Positions 1-13,496 are shown, counted from the first letter of the stretch. The stretch: 64,000 nt of DNA from Syncephalis fuscata S228 (GCA_025786725.1 JAHLTZ010000009.1:372001-436000), one strand, 5' to 3'. Notes: a model not told the origin generated them from the letters alone. Numbers and translations: made by a program.

Positions 1-848
1 ATCGACAACAGTTGTCTGCACCTTTCTGGTTTTAGGATCAACATGAACAACAATATCTAAACCAACTAATTAATGTACTGTTCTCAAACGCACTAATACC
101 TACTTTTGGCAGCCATATCGGTATGTATAATACCCGCATGACGTAAATACAGCATACCTATATTCAATTACAATAGTTAATAATTTGTAATTCAAATATA
201 ATAAATACTTGCCCTGCATTGCTTGATAAAATACTTGTGGTAAATATGCTGCCTTGTATTGCCAGTCTTTACCAACGATAAGCTTATCCAATGCTTCACC
301 AGGTGCACTTGTGTAAATAAAGCAGTTATTTTTTATATTTTTAGGGAATTTAGTATCTGGAATATCAAATCGCTTTAGCGGCTGCATAACGTTATTTTTT
401 CCTGGTATATTATATCGTGGAAGATCCTTGAGCTTAATCAATATCTAATTGTTAAGTAAGTAATATACCATATCCGTACCAACTAAATGCTTACATCAAA
501 AGTTTTGGTTTCAGTCGTAGTTCTAATGGCACTGTGTACACATTTGATAAATGCATTAATTCCATTCCATTGTGTATAACCAAAGCTTATTTGTAAAGTT
601 GCAGTGCTCCAGTCGACTGCTCTCGTCAATCCATGTGCTTTCAGCATTATTGGGTCATTTAAATATTGTCTACCAGCTCCGTTAGGCATAATTTTACCTA
701 TCAAATTTGTATTTGTGTTAGTTCTAATAATGCCTGTAATGTGCGACTTACCATTAAGTTGACCCTCTATGGCATTACTTGTTGGTATGCTAGATAGTAT
801 CATGGTCGCACAAGCAGCAGCAATAGCAAGAATACCAGTTTTAAGCAT
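1..848 (-). CDS. Signal-peptide-bearing protein kinase-like protein (3' end runs off window)
   Basis: N-terminus MLKTGILAIAAACATMILSSIPTSNA is signal-peptide-like. Removing introns 445-494 (GT-AG), 158-212 (GC-AG) and 57-103 (GT-AG) gives AFIKC (VAIK-like Lys) and ...QAMQGMLYLRHAGIIHTDMAAKNIVV...TTVVD (HxDxxxxN catalytic loop and the Asp of the DFG position). Confidence 0.8.
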
Positions 849-2214
849 ATTGAAGCAGGGGTTTGTTGTCTATGTGTGTCGTTCAAAGTGAAAGTAGAGG
901 CATGTAATCGAGTGGTATCAGGTAAAAGAAACGAACGTGTTGAATTTTGTGGCATTCTGAAAACAGCCATTGAATACAAGTATTTATAGCCAGCTGAGTA
1001 GCGATTACTTGCAGCTCAGCTAACACTGGCTCAAAATAGAATGTTTGCTGGTGTAGAATACCAAAATAATACGCTGGGGATACAAGTATTGCTTATTTTG
1101 AATGTAGACAGTTACTAAATATGACATGGCATGTAGATTTTAATAAATTGTATACATTTGAAACGTCGGTGTTACTTGTTTCAAATTTAAACTGCTATTA
1201 AATACGGCAAAACATGATATGGCAACTAAAATAGCATAATAACATTGAGAAGAATATTCTGTTTATATTTCAACTAGCGGTAAATTTCACGCGTATAGCT
1301 ATAATAGTTGCAAACTAATTTGTAGCATTTTTGTATTTATACTGAAAATAAGTTTCATTCGCTGACATTTGATTGTATGTCAGATAATCAATGTAGCCTT
1401 TTGCATCGTGCATATAAAACGTACCACAATTATACTTGTTGCATAGTTAGGTATGTCTGATACAAGACAACAAATTGAAATGCAAAATAAACATTGGCCA
1501 AATTTGATTAAATTGTTATAACTGGATAATGATAATATATGAGCTGCATTAAGTCGATAGTATGTAATGCACCAATAGTGGCATTGGCTGCGCATTTGGC
1601 ATCTTCTATGTGTAGTTTAACCAAGTGAGTATACGATATACTCAATCAAACAATAATGCATACTACACCAATGTATAGCTACAAAAGATCAGAGTTACGT
1701 ACATGTTAAAATGATTATACGATGATGACTGAGTGTTAATATCAAAATAATATATCGCCCTTACTATTTACCATCATGTTTTTAATTTTTTAAAAAGTAT
1801 ATAGACCCTGTGTTATTTATTCGTTCTAGTGAACATGCAACTAAATAATGAATAACACCAGGAATCAAAGCACTTATATGACTTAGACAAGTGGTATTTG
1901 CTTTATTCATTTATGCTAAATATATAATTGTATACTTAATATATATATTACTGTAGTATATTAAAGTTAAAACATAATAATAGACGTTGATTGCAATTAA
2001 AGATTGCTAATTTATTTATTCACGTATACAAACAATAACACATTGTTTTACTTATTGAGTATTCTTCCCGATATCTCTCCTTATAGGCCATGATTTTTAC
2101 TATTCAACATCTGGTGGCATTAAGGGAAGCGTCACATCACATTATCAATTATTATGAGTGAATGTAAAATTACTCTGTGTCCCATTTCATTCTTATTTAC
2201 CTGTTGTTATTACG

Positions 2215-2823
2215 ATGAATTCCACCGCTGGTCTGACCCGTCGTGCTGGCCGTTCCAGCACACAAACAAATGGAGATATAACCGATCGTGTTCGTGAAAC
2301 GGCACAATCCTATGCCGAGGAGCAACTCGAACGCCGACAACTGGATCGCACGTTAAAACGAGTGATCTCGGTCGGTTGGGTTATTGTAGGTTTTATTGTA
2401 GCGCGACAAGCTAGTCTACTCGATGTACTTTCAAATTCTGAGCTTTACACGTAAGTTACTACTTGCTAATAGACCTAGCAGTGGAATAGTATCAAGATTC
2501 TAATAGCTAATTACACGTTGATTGCACCACTATTTAGTCGTTGGGCCTTTCAATTGGGCGCACTAGCTACAGTCGCCGTCATTGGCATCTACATCGAGAT
2601 ACGTTGGTTGCGTGGCTGGCGCACTGGCGATTCACGCCCCATGAACTTTGCTCGCTGGCAAGAACGCTACCCAACGGCGATACCGCTAGCCACTGGTGCT
2701 GGCTGTGTCGCGGCAACCGCATGGATTATCGCATTCTGGCCCGATTGGAGCGGTTGGACCATTCCCGTACTAAGCATGCTTACGGTCGGTCTAGGCGCTG
2801 CAGCCGATCTTTTAATCGTATAA
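2215..2823 (+). CDS. TMEM128-like small multi-pass membrane protein
   Basis: Two exons joined in frame by intron 2451-2537. C-terminal YPTAIPLATG...AFWPDWSGWTIP resembles the TMEM128 family (YPALIPITTA...ALWHVWSFFTP). Confidence 0.65.
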
Positions 2824-2900
2824 ACTGAGTTTTCTGTCTCTTCGTGCACTTTCATTTTATTAATAAACAAATGGGTGATTTTTAGTTTGTTTTATCGCGT

Positions 2901-3659
2901 TTAAAAGCCGGCTGGTCTCGCAGTCGCCGCCGATACACCTGGTGCTTGTAGTGGATTAACACCGGCCATACTTAGTGGCATCACATCAGGTGCCAAAGGC
3001 TGACCAGGTATTTGCTATAATAACAACAACACCGTTAATATTAATACAGTAATAAAGAATATAAATATATAATAATAATAATAATATACTGTTTTGTAAC
3101 ATACCGGTTGCAATCCTTGCTGTTGCAATTGCATTTCTTTCTCATATTGCACGTATTGCTGCTCACGCTCAAGCTCAAGCACTAGAGGCACGCCAATCAT
3201 TAAGGCGCTTGTCGTAATGATCCATGATAGCGTGCCTACAAACGACTTGACTTGCCAGCAAGCAGATACGGCAAGATCCGTTTGACGAGAGACAAAATTA
3301 CGTGTCGATAGTGGAATAATCTCCTTAAGTGCAGCTACGCGCTCTATGAACGTTTCATCCAAATAATCGTCTTCATCGTCTTCGTCTTCAATATCGCTTA
3401 TATCGCGTGTTTTTTTACCGTTATTATCCTCTTCTTCCTCGTCGTCTTCTTCCTCGTCGTCTTCCTCTTCTTCTTCTTCACTATCTTCTTCCTCGTCCGA
3501 CCATTCCCCATCGTCGTCACCTTCGTCATCGTTGTTGATCCCTTCTTCGAGGTAGAGACTAGCTCTCTGGACCTCTTCTCCTTCGCTCATGTCAGAGTAT
3601 TCTTCTTCTGAGGCATAACGGGCTGCCTCGCTGTTTGAAACGTCTGTCAATTTAGCCAT
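2901..3659 (-). CDS. TOM22: Mitochondrial import receptor subunit Tom22
   Basis: Acidic N-terminus, ETFIERVAALKEIIP and WIITTSALMIGVPLVLELEREQQ motifs; intron 3015-3104; exon 2 ends ...RPAGF*. Confidence 0.9.
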
Positions 3660-3937
3660 GGCTAATAAATAGAACAAACAGTTAGATACCGTCTAATGTT
3701 GGCTATAGACTTTATTCTCTACCTTATATATAGAAGGATATGCAATGTGCTATCACGGTTGGGATCCAACAATCACTCGTACAAACAATAAAAAAATAAA
3801 ACCGTAAAAAATGGTGTGGGTGTTTTCGGAATGATTTTCATATAAACGTAATGTGTCACTTTTGGTTTAAATCATTTAACACTTTTAACATAATAATAAT
3901 AACAATAGTCTTAATGTAACACTTTTCATTTACTCTC

Positions 3938-4604
3938 ATGACAACGTTAAATGAACACGATCAACATGCGGTACTGGCTGAATTGACCCAGCAACTGGAA
4001 TCTATTTCATTCCCGGCACCGACAGTTGATACGCCTGAACTGAGCACAGTTGAAAGGAAAGAAGTGCTGGCTACAGTGCTGCAACGGGATCCCGCTTTGT
4101 TTTTACAACGATATGGACAACACTTATCGGCAGAGGCACTTGATCGATTTCAAACTATCCAAGGTAGGCTAATAATAAAGCATTGTTAATGTTCTAATAA
4201 ACTATAATAGATGCTAGCCAAGAAATAAACTACACTATAGATAAGCTAGGCTTAAATACCGCTCAAGAGACATCGTCTTTTAATGAAGCAACAATACATA
4301 ATCGACGATATACGTATTTAAATCGGCACCTGTTGAATACTGATTATTTTAGTGAAGAACAAATACGATTACGGGCCCCCACTTTATGGACCGATTATAT
4401 AGGACAAGCACGTATAGCTATTGGTCAATCGGCAGTTCTGCCATTTGATAAGCGAGTAACTTTAATTGAACGAGTTTTATACGATGTAGATCTTGCTGAA
4501 GCAACAGAAAAGGAGAACATAACAAATAGTACTTTTGATTTAACTATGGATATGACAATACAAATGACAAACAATTTACCAAGTTCAAAAGCAGTGGAAC
4601 AAAT

Positions 4605-4637
<33 letters not shown>

Positions 4638-5176
4638 AGAAGAGTTTATTGAGGAATTTGATACTGACGACGAAGAAGGCAGAACAGAAGCACAATTGGC
4701 GCATCAACGTCGGCAATTAGCACGTAAACAGTCTAGAAAGACAGAAACAACAGCTAATTCAACCAATACATTATCAAATATATCTAATTCAATGCCATCC
4801 ACTAGCACCGTTGATTTATCAAATAAACAATATGGTAGTAATGCAGCAGAAGAGGAAGATGAAGGCACAGCACTAATAGAGGAACGATACGATGAATTAG
4901 TGTCTATTATGAAGCATCGATTCTTGGCAGGTTTAGATGTAAGTATCAATCAATCAATCAATGACTATTAATGAGCTATTAAATAATAGAATGATTTTGA
5001 TTATACGTCAATTGACAATGACGAGGTAAGAGAGTTTAATAGTAGATTTAAATAACTTAGTTGTATAGTCATTAGATACCCGTGAAGTTGAAGATGATAT
5101 TGAAGAAAAGTATTTTGATATCAATGAAGATGACGATCCATTGCCTGAACAAAATGAGCTGCCATATGATTATTAA
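3938..5176 (+). CDS. CCDC97-like (DUF2052) protein
   Basis: RDPALFLQRYG, YFSEEQIRLRAPTLWTDYIG and RFLAGLD|NDFDYTSIDND motifs; poly-Glu tract; several short GT-AG introns. Confidence 0.8.
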
Positions 5177-5241
5177 TTCTACTATGACATAGCAGTTTTA
5201 ATGTGTAATTAATAAAGTTAATATATGTTTATTCTAATTTA

Positions 5242-5703
5242 TTAGCGTAATAGTCCACGAGAGCGTAACTGCTTCTCTTCTTCTTCTGACAGTGACCAGA
5301 ATGCGATTCGTTTCTCGTCTGCCCAACGGCGTAACTAATTTACATAGTATCAATTAGCCGTTGTTAGTACATGTCTATCTACACTACTTACTGCAGAAAA
5401 ACAGTGTTCTTCTGTACCAAAATCTTGGTAAAATAGTGCATAGACACCATAGCCTATCCAGCAATAGTCGTATTATATTGGTATGAATGGCAATACAAAT
5501 ATAATGAATTCTATTTATTATCAAATACTGTAACACTTACCAGCACACATAGCAAGACTAGCCATATGTACAGCACGCGACCAAAGTGGCGGTTTAACCC
5601 GTTGAGCTGCATGCATACTCATCGCCATACGTTTTTTAGTTGATTCGGTAGCATATTGACCGAATTTATTGGGCAAATCCTCTGCAGTAAGACGATCAGG
5701 CAT
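5242..5703 (-). CDS. Small single-TM hypothetical protein (possibly mitochondrial)
   Basis: Three exons give ...ASLAMCAG|YGVYALFYQDFGTEEHCFSA|LRRWADEKRIAFWSLSEEEEKQLRSRGLLR*; divergently transcribed from SAD1. Confidence 0.6.
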
Positions 5704-5856
5704 AGTGTTGAGAAAAAAGAGTTGGCCGTCTTAATAAAATAAAGAAGTACTAATTTCCATCTCTCTTTCTATAGTGTGAGGCTGACTTTTAGTAAAACGC
5801 TCACTTTGCCACTTTCAATTCCTATATTGCTACTACATTCGTTTTATTACTTTGAA

Positions 5857-7920
5857 ATGTCGGATGTTAAGCGTCGGAAAATAGTTGATGGCAGTGTAGA
5901 ACGTGTAGCGGAGAAGGAAGAGAGTGCAGCGAACGATCTTTACCTTGACACTATTAATCGACATATGTTGGATTTCGACTTTGAAAAGGTGTGCTCCGTT
6001 TCTCTTTCCAATCTTAATGTCTATGCCTGTCTAGTTTGTGGAAAGTATTATCAAGGTAGGTAGATGGTAGCGTATTATAGAACAGGGAAAGTTAAAGCAA
6101 TAAACGCGTTGCAGGACGTGGCAAGAATACACATGCCTACTTTCATAGTATCAACGAAGACCATCATGTTTACATTAATTTACATACACTAAAGGTATAG
6201 TGTAAATAGTAATTGATGTAATAAAGAGTGACGTATTATATCAATAGGTTTATGTTTTACCTGAAGGCTATGAAGTAACCGATTCATCATTAGATGACAT
6301 TAAGGTATATTAACTGTAGATAAAAGTAAATTAACTAACGCTGTGTACATTATGGTAATAGTATGTGATTCGACCCACTTATACAAAGCATCAAGTGTCA
6401 CAATTGGACAAAGATACCATTAGTCGATATGATCTAAACAACAAAAAGTATTTACCTGGTAATTATACTAATTAATATTTAGATTACCAGTATATTGAAT
6501 AAGACTATATAGGATTTATTGGTTTGAATAATATCAAAGCCAACGATTATGTCAATGTTATTATTCAAGCATTGGCTCATATTACACCACTTCGTAATTA
6601 TTTATTGTTAGAGCCATTGGATCATCGATCACCTCTTGGTAATGAGAAGTGTTTAATAATAATGTACAAGACTAATACTAATGATGTGTAATAATAATAA
6701 TAATTATTATTATTATACAGTATTTCAATTGGCTATGCTTGTACGTAAAATGTGGAGCTCTCGTGCTTTTAAAGGACAAGTGAGTCCGCATGAGTTACTT
6801 CAGGTGAGTGACACAGCATTAGAATAATAGAAATATAGTAATTAATATAAAATATGCTTAATATCAACTAGGCAATATCAAATGCTAGTGAAAAGCGTTA
6901 TCGTCTTAATAAACAAGCAGATCCTATTGAATTATTTTCATGGTTAATGAATCGACTTCATTTGGATTTGGGTGGTAGTCGTAAAAAGCCATGTAAGTTA
7001 TTAAGTATTAATTAATATAAATAAATACATTAATAATGTTTTATAATAATTAGCCATTATTAGTAAAACATTCCAGGGTCAATTACAAATGACTACGCGA
7101 CGTACAACGGCTCCTAAAGTAGAGGTTGACGATGATCGAGTGGTTGAAGATCCAAATGCAGGCAAGTAAATCGATTTAATGGTTATAGCTACAGTAATAA
7201 CAGGTGACTTATAGATACCACAACAAAACAGCTACCTTTCTTTTTTCTCTCGTTAGACTTGCCACCTCCACCATTGTTCTTGGATGAAATTGAAAAGAAC
7301 ATTATTCCACAAGTATCACTTAAATCTCTTTTACACAAATATGATGGTCAGTCTGAACAAGAGGATAAAGGTTATGCAAAACAGTATATTATTACTCGTT
7401 TGCCTCAATACATTGTGTTGCATGTACGTCGATTTACACGTAATAATTGGGCTGCCGAGAAGAATCGTACTATTGTTAATTTTCCGATTAATAATGTCGA
7501 CTTTAGTCCGTGTAAGTAACTTTATTATATATATATACATATAGATTAAATGATTAATTGTAAATTAGTTGTTAATGAGTCATTGGAGAAATCAAATAAT
7601 GACGAACAAGTATTACAAGCTGATAAACCACCTACACTTGGTGCACACTACAATCTACTAGCGAATATAAGCCATGATGGTATGCCAAACGATGGTCATT
7701 ACCATGTACATGTACATCGATCAGCCACCGATCAATGGTATCAAATTGAAGATTTAAATGTCGAAGAAGTTCAAACACAAATGATATTCCTTAATGAAAG
7801 TTATATTCAGGTAAATAGATGGATTAATTAATTAATAAATATTAATACACTTTTATTTGTTAATTTTATTCTTATTTTTATTATTATTAGATTTGGGAAC
7901 GTCAATCAAATAAAGTTTAG
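5857..7920 (+). CDS. SAD1: U4/U6.U5 tri-snRNP protein Sad1/USP39
   Basis: ZnF-UBP region DFDFEKVCSVSLSNLNVYACLVCGKYYQGRG, GLNNIKANDY, FLSLDLPPPPLF, ESYIQ|IWER; about 11 short introns, one GC-AG (7162-7214). Confidence 0.95.
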
Positions 7921-8144
7921 ATTTACACCGTTTCACTATAAATATAATTGTTAATTCTATTGCCATAACTATGTTTTATTTAAAAGCAAAGATTTTCATT
8001 GGCAAGATAAATACAATACAGACGAGAAATCATACACAACAGAGATTAAAGACGAATAATGATGTGTACGTGTGCGTGCTTAAATAAACTACCTTGATGA
8101 ATAGTGTTTAAACATTTACACCTACACTCAGATAGGCACACCGT

Positions 8145-9392
8145 CTAAAAGTCGGCGTCCAAAGTGAACATGTTGTCATTTTCATTTTCGTTGCGGTTGC
8201 CAGTCTTTGAATTAGACATAACACCCGACTTTTGATAGTCAGAGACACGCTTCTCAAAGAAGTTGGTCTTGCCTTGAAGTGAAATCATATCCATAAAGTC
8301 GAATGGATTCTCAGCGTGGTAGATCTTGGGACAGCCAAGAGCAACGAGCAAGCGATCGGCAACAAATTCGATATAGCGAGCCATCAAATCGGCATTCATA
8401 CCAATAAGACGTACAGGCAATGCATCAGTAAGGAATTCAATCTCAATACCGACAGCCTCGGTAATAATGGAGGTAACTGTCTCGACAGATGGCTTGTTCT
8501 GCAACAATGAGAAGAGCAAGCAGGCAAAATCACAGTGAAGACCTTCGTCACGTGAAATCAGCTCATTACTGAAGGTGAGGCCAGGCATAAGACCACGCTT
8601 CTTTAGCCAGAAGATACTGGCAAATGAGCCAGAGAAGAAAATGCCTTCAACAGCGGCAAATGCCACCAAACGTTCGGCAAAAGTGGATTGTTTATCGCTG
8701 ATCCAGCGTAGAGCCCAATCGGCCTTCTTGCGTACACATGGAATGGTGTCGATGGCATCGAATAGATAGCTACGCTGAGCCGGGTCACGAATATACGTGT
8801 CAATAAGCAGACTGTACATCTCGGAGTGGATGTTTTCAATCATAATTTGGAAGCCGTAGAAGCAACGCGCCTCAGGGATTTGTACCTCATTGCTGAATCG
8901 CTCGACCAGGTTCTCGTTGACAATACCGTCAGAGGCGGCAAAGAAGGCAAGTACGTGAGAGATGAAATGACGTTCGTCATCATTAAGACGGCCCTCCCAA
9001 TCGTTCATATCCTTGGAAAGATCGGCCTCTTCAACGGTCCAGAAGGAAGCTTCAGCTTTCTTGTACATCTGCCATACTTCGTGGTACTTGATGGGGAAGA
9101 GAACGAAGCGCTGTGGATTCGGACGAAGTAGCGGCTCATTCAGCTCAAGTTCTTTAATAGGTGATAGCGACATGATTTCATTATCAGAGGCATGGCCACT
9201 AGAGGTGGCAACGCTGCTAGCAACACTCTTGCGACGACGATGGGAGCGACGCTTCTTCTTGCCAGACTTGGATGGTTTGTTGTTGTTGTTATTGCTAAGC
9301 AGCTCGGCCGGTGTTGTGTTGTTTTGATCAAGGCCAAGTTTGTTTAGACCCTGAATGATACTATCAGCGGTAGTAGGGGCGGCTGGAGACAT
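8145..9392 (-). CDS. RNR2: Ribonucleoside-diphosphate reductase small subunit
   Basis: [42 protein letters not shown] di-iron motifs and C-terminal FTLDADF; intronless. Confidence 0.98.
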   Translation of the reverse strand: MSPAAPTTADSIIQGLNKLGLDQNNTTPAELLSNNNNNKPSKSGKKKRRSHRRRKSVASSVATSSGHASDNEIMSLSPIKELELNEPLLRPNPQRFVLFPIKYHEVWQMYKKAEASFWTVEEADLSKDMNDWEGRLNDDERHFISHVLAFFAASDGIVNENLVERFSNEVQIPEARCFYGFQIMIENIHSEMYSLLIDTYIRDPAQRSYLFDAIDTIPCVRKKADWALRWISDKQSTFAERLVAFAAVEGIFFSGSFASIFWLKKRGLMPGLTFSNELISRDEGLHCDFACLLFSLLQNKPSVETVTSIITEAVGIEIEFLTDALPVRLIGMNADLMARYIEFVADRLLVALGCPKIYHAENPFDFMDMISLQGKTNFFEKRVSDYQKSGVMSNSKTGNRNENENDNMFTLDADF

Positions 9393-9664
9393 GGTTACTT
9401 AGTAAATAAGGTATGTGTGTGTGATGAATGAACAAGTAGCTAGTAGCTTAGTTAAGATTGCTTGGTGTGAGCAAGTCAAAAGCTATCTTATAGCCAATAG
9501 AAATGGAAGTGAATTCGCGTGAGAGCTAGTTAGCCATGAAAAAGGGCGGAGAAGTGAGCGCCTTTATATACAAAATACGAATAATAAAACAGCTCGTGTC
9601 TCTTTTTTTTTCGTAAAACCGCGCCGTTCATCACGTGTTTTACAATATATTTTATTTACTTTCA

Positions 9665-9670
9665 ACGCGT
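9665..9670. promoter_or_regulatory. MCB-like element (ACGCGT) upstream of RNR2
   Basis: Exact ACGCGT ~275 bp upstream of the RNR2 ATG, with further CGCG cores at ~9516 and ~9620; MCB control of RNR genes is typical in fungi. Confidence 0.5.
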
Positions 9671-9871
9671 ATTCATCCAATAAGACTCATCTGTGACTAT
9701 GGAATGGTTAAGATGATGCTATTCGCCTAGTCTACCCATGCACCTCATTAAAAACACTCAACCCATGTATTTCTATAATAAATAAACCGTGCTACCACTA
9801 CTATAAATACGTCATAAATAACAATGGGCGCTAGTAATAGCAATAACAATAGTAGTCTACATAGCTAGTTA

Positions 9872-10599
9872 ATCAACTAAAGGTATTTATTTGTGATAAA
9901 AGTATAGTAGTTATCTGTTCAGTGGTGCAATCTATCATACGACCAGTACATCCATGCAGATTAATGGTAATTTTTATGCATTTAAAGCATGATCTATTCC
10001 CACTGTATAGTGTGATGGCCGATTTGTTAACCTGTAATAACTACACGGTTAATATACAAGATGTGTCAATACAATTATGATATATGATGATTATAAATGA
10101 TGCACTCTATACCTTGGACATATACCGAATCAGTTCTATATTTGCTTTATTATCACGAGCAGGTGCAGCAATCTACTAGTAATTAATTATTATTAATTTC
10201 ATGTTATTATATTGATACCTGAACATTTAACCGATGGTCAGCGGTTATTCCACAGACGGCTGATTGTTTTGCATTTGGCTTAACAAGCAGCAGAATGCGG
10301 AATCCATTAGATTCTGCAATTACAGGCCCATTCTTTTTTATTTCGACTATATTTGTAGCTTTAGCTTGTTTTTTAGTATGAATCATGCGCTGACGTGTAT
10401 TTATAGGAATGGTAAAGGAAGAGTGGTTAATTGGCAAATAAAGTGAATTGTATATAATGTTTAGTTTATAAGGTCCAATATAACAAACTGGCTTGTTTTT
10501 ATATACGCTACATTGTGTTGACGCTATTCTATTAAATAATAGAACTAGTTTGACTCGTTGTTGCACTAGTTTTAGCATATGAGTATAATAGCCGAGATT
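9872..10599 (-). CDS. UPF0235/DUF167 (YggU/C15orf40-like) protein; start uncertain
   Basis: ILLLVKPNAKQSAVCGI...NVQ, IAAPARDNKANIELIRYMSK and VNKSAITLYSGNRSCFK across two short introns. Confidence 0.75.
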
Positions 10600-10665
10600 C
10601 ATAGTAGAAATAGGAACTTTCACAGTTGGTTTTACATTGCGTCATTGTTTTGTTATTTTTTCATT

Positions 10666-11841
10666 ATGCCTGAAACTACAAGTACAGAACGACCTTCTTT
10701 GCCGGAAGGCTCATTATTAGCTGCTGTTCGCACTAGCTGCACAGCTGTTATAGAGCGTAATCTTTCTAATGAGGTAGGTATATAGACCTTATTGTTATTA
10801 TTAAGAATGTAGCTTATGGTAGTATAATGGCATGATAGCACGAACACGCAAGCGTAGACATAAGCGTAACTAACGCAACAAACGATAAAGAGCTGTCAAC
10901 GAATGAATCACCAACGACGGAAGAAGTAAAGGCACCAGCACTGTTGCCACTGCGTTTTGATAAACTAGAAGACGAGTTAACGGTGTATACCTTGTTAGAG
11001 TTGGTGCAAGAGGAGCTGACAAGTTACATTTCAATATTGCAATCATCCATTGAACGGGCAAGTAATTAGTATACTATATGATGAATATGAATATTAATAT
11101 TTATATGATGGATGTGATGGATAGTCGGCAGAGGATACGGCACTTTTTGGTGTCATGTCATTGTATATTGGTGATCAACAGTTGACTGCCCAACGTATGG
11201 CGAGTATATCACTATCAGATATTTCATCGTATTTTGGACTACCATTGCAGCATGAAGTGCAGCATCCAACAATGTCATTTGTCACAGTTGGTGAACGGGC
11301 ACCGACTTGGATCTGTGCCGAAAGTGTACGTAATCTGATCAATGCGACTAGCTCGACTGTTCTGGCCGCTGGGTTCTCTTCGATTGGTGCTGCGGTAAAA
11401 GCTGCTGCTGAACGGGCACATGCTCAAGATGCACCGACCGATGATACGAGTGCTACTGATAGATTTATTCGAGAGGTAAGTGTAGTCATTGTGCTATAAA
11501 TAATAGTTATACTAAGTCGGTCTAGTTAATTTCATTGATACCCGAGTTTAATGATGCAACCATTGTTCGTGGAGAAGGTATGTTTAAATATTAACAACCA
11601 CCAGTTATTATTGTTAACTTTTGTATGATTAGTGGTCTATTATTATGCGGCTGCTCAGCGACTTGCTCTAAGGTTGCGCCATCTTTTTGACGACCCTACC
11701 GAACATAATGGCATGTTTTACTTTGATAAGAATGCTTTGCATACCACATTACACTCTATACAGCTAGCTCAGCGCATTATCCAGATTCAACGCTCTAGTT
11801 CTGATGTTACTGTGAATGAGTCTGAAGTGCCTCTTTCATGA
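10666..11841 (+). CDS. Divergent queuosine-salvage (DUF2419/QNG1)-like protein, apparently lacking catalytic motifs
   Basis: Spliced product has LPLRFDKLEDE, FGVMSLYIG, EVQHPTM, LIPEFNDA...VYYYAAAQRL, reminiscent of the DUF2419 family; GC-AG intron 11058-11124 restores the frame. Confidence 0.5.
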
Positions 11842-13457
11842 TTAATTAAAATAAATTAATCATTTGACATTATGGTTTGATGGATTTAGTTTAATAGAAA
11901 TTATAGCATAATCTATATATATATAGTCGGTAGTATTTTTATTTATCTATTAACCAATAGTGTTTTTATTGTATTTATTATTGTGTCGTGGTCTATTCAA
12001 TAGTAGTGTATCCATATTTTATAACTATAGTCTTTATCGTAAAAAATAAATAGGCAAAAATGCTCAATGTAACAAAGGTAAAAACAAGAAGAGCCGAGGT
12101 TAAGGTAAACGAGCAAACAAATATTGAAATAAAAATAATAGATACTTGGTTATATTTGTAATCATATGCAATACGTATTAATTCTATTATTCATAACTAT
12201 AATAAATAATAGATTAATTAATTTTAATAATATTATTAATATATAATAGCAACTATAATAATCATTATTAAATACCTACTATTTTATATAACAATAAATA
12301 TTTACTAATAATTCTACTATTGAGTAATATTCATATACAAATACGTCATATGGTTAATTAACCAATTCAGCCTTGCACGTGGTATACATTTGCGCCATAT
12401 CTAAAACTAAGAGGCCATTATCGGTCATGGGATAGTGCCATTTAGATGACCGTCAACCATTCATCACATGACCAGTCTAATCACAGCGAGACACAGTAGA
12501 AATCGGTATCGCCATTGGTGGTGGTTAGGTGTACTTTTGATCCGACGAACCCACAGAATATTTTCACTGCTCGCGACTCTTTCTGCTTCATTGCTGTGCA
12601 CGTGCTTCGTTTCTTTTTCATTGTCGTTTGCGTTTAGTGTGTCTGGCTCTTTGCAGTGCTTACGTCTATCTACTATTGCTTTACTGAAGACACTTTGGCT
12701 CTTGCTCTTGCTCTCTCGCACACACTCACTCACATATCTCTAAGGCTCCTGCTTTGAGTTTGCTCTATTGTTGCTTCATCGCCTTTATACTCCACTTGGC
12801 TAGTCCGCATTTCCGCACTTTTCGCATCTATTCGTTAGGCACTTGGTACGCTTGCGCTTCCATTATCCTGGTAGGTTAACTTGCCGTGTGGGCTGTTGTT
12901 AATTGATTGCTGTAGTGGGGTAATAGTAGCAGCAGTAGTAGTAGTGGTAGTCCACTATTACAATATGTGAGGGGTGTGGTTTAAATGGCTCTAGAACAGT
13001 TGTCCCAGATGAAGTGATTTGACTGATACCAAAAAAGCCCGCTAACCAACCAGCACCAACGAATACGATTCTATTTCTTGGTACTTTCTTTCTTCTTGCA
13101 TAGTCTGTCGGATCCATCTACTTTTTTTACTTTAGTATTCGGCCCACGCACGGCATCTTTGAGAGAAACCGAATAACCACCCAGGCAAACGCTTCTATTG
13201 TACTAATCGGCCTAGCACACGCTACAGGGACGCTCGAGGATTAAGGTAGGCAGGGGCATGCAGATGAATATTACTGTTGTAACTACGACAACGGTGACCA
13301 CTACATATGAACCGTTTACGGCTATTCTTTGAATGTGCCTTCGTTCTACAGAGAAATCATTGCGATCAAACCAGTTTTTTTTCTTTTCCAATTTTATAAA
13401 GTGCATTAGTGGCTTGCCTTATTATTGCCTAATACCGATACCATGGCGATCACTATA

Positions 13458-13458
13458 C

Positions 13459-13496
<38 letters not shown>

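Noticed and set aside
8316-9337. Antisense and alternate-frame ORFs over RNR2 (and similarly over other genes)
   Set aside because: Shadows of GC-richer coding sequence; no independent motifs.
12900-13140. TPP riboswitch or RNase P/MRP RNA
   Set aside because: Diagnostic conserved motifs were not found on either strand; kept only as a generic structured-RNA candidate.
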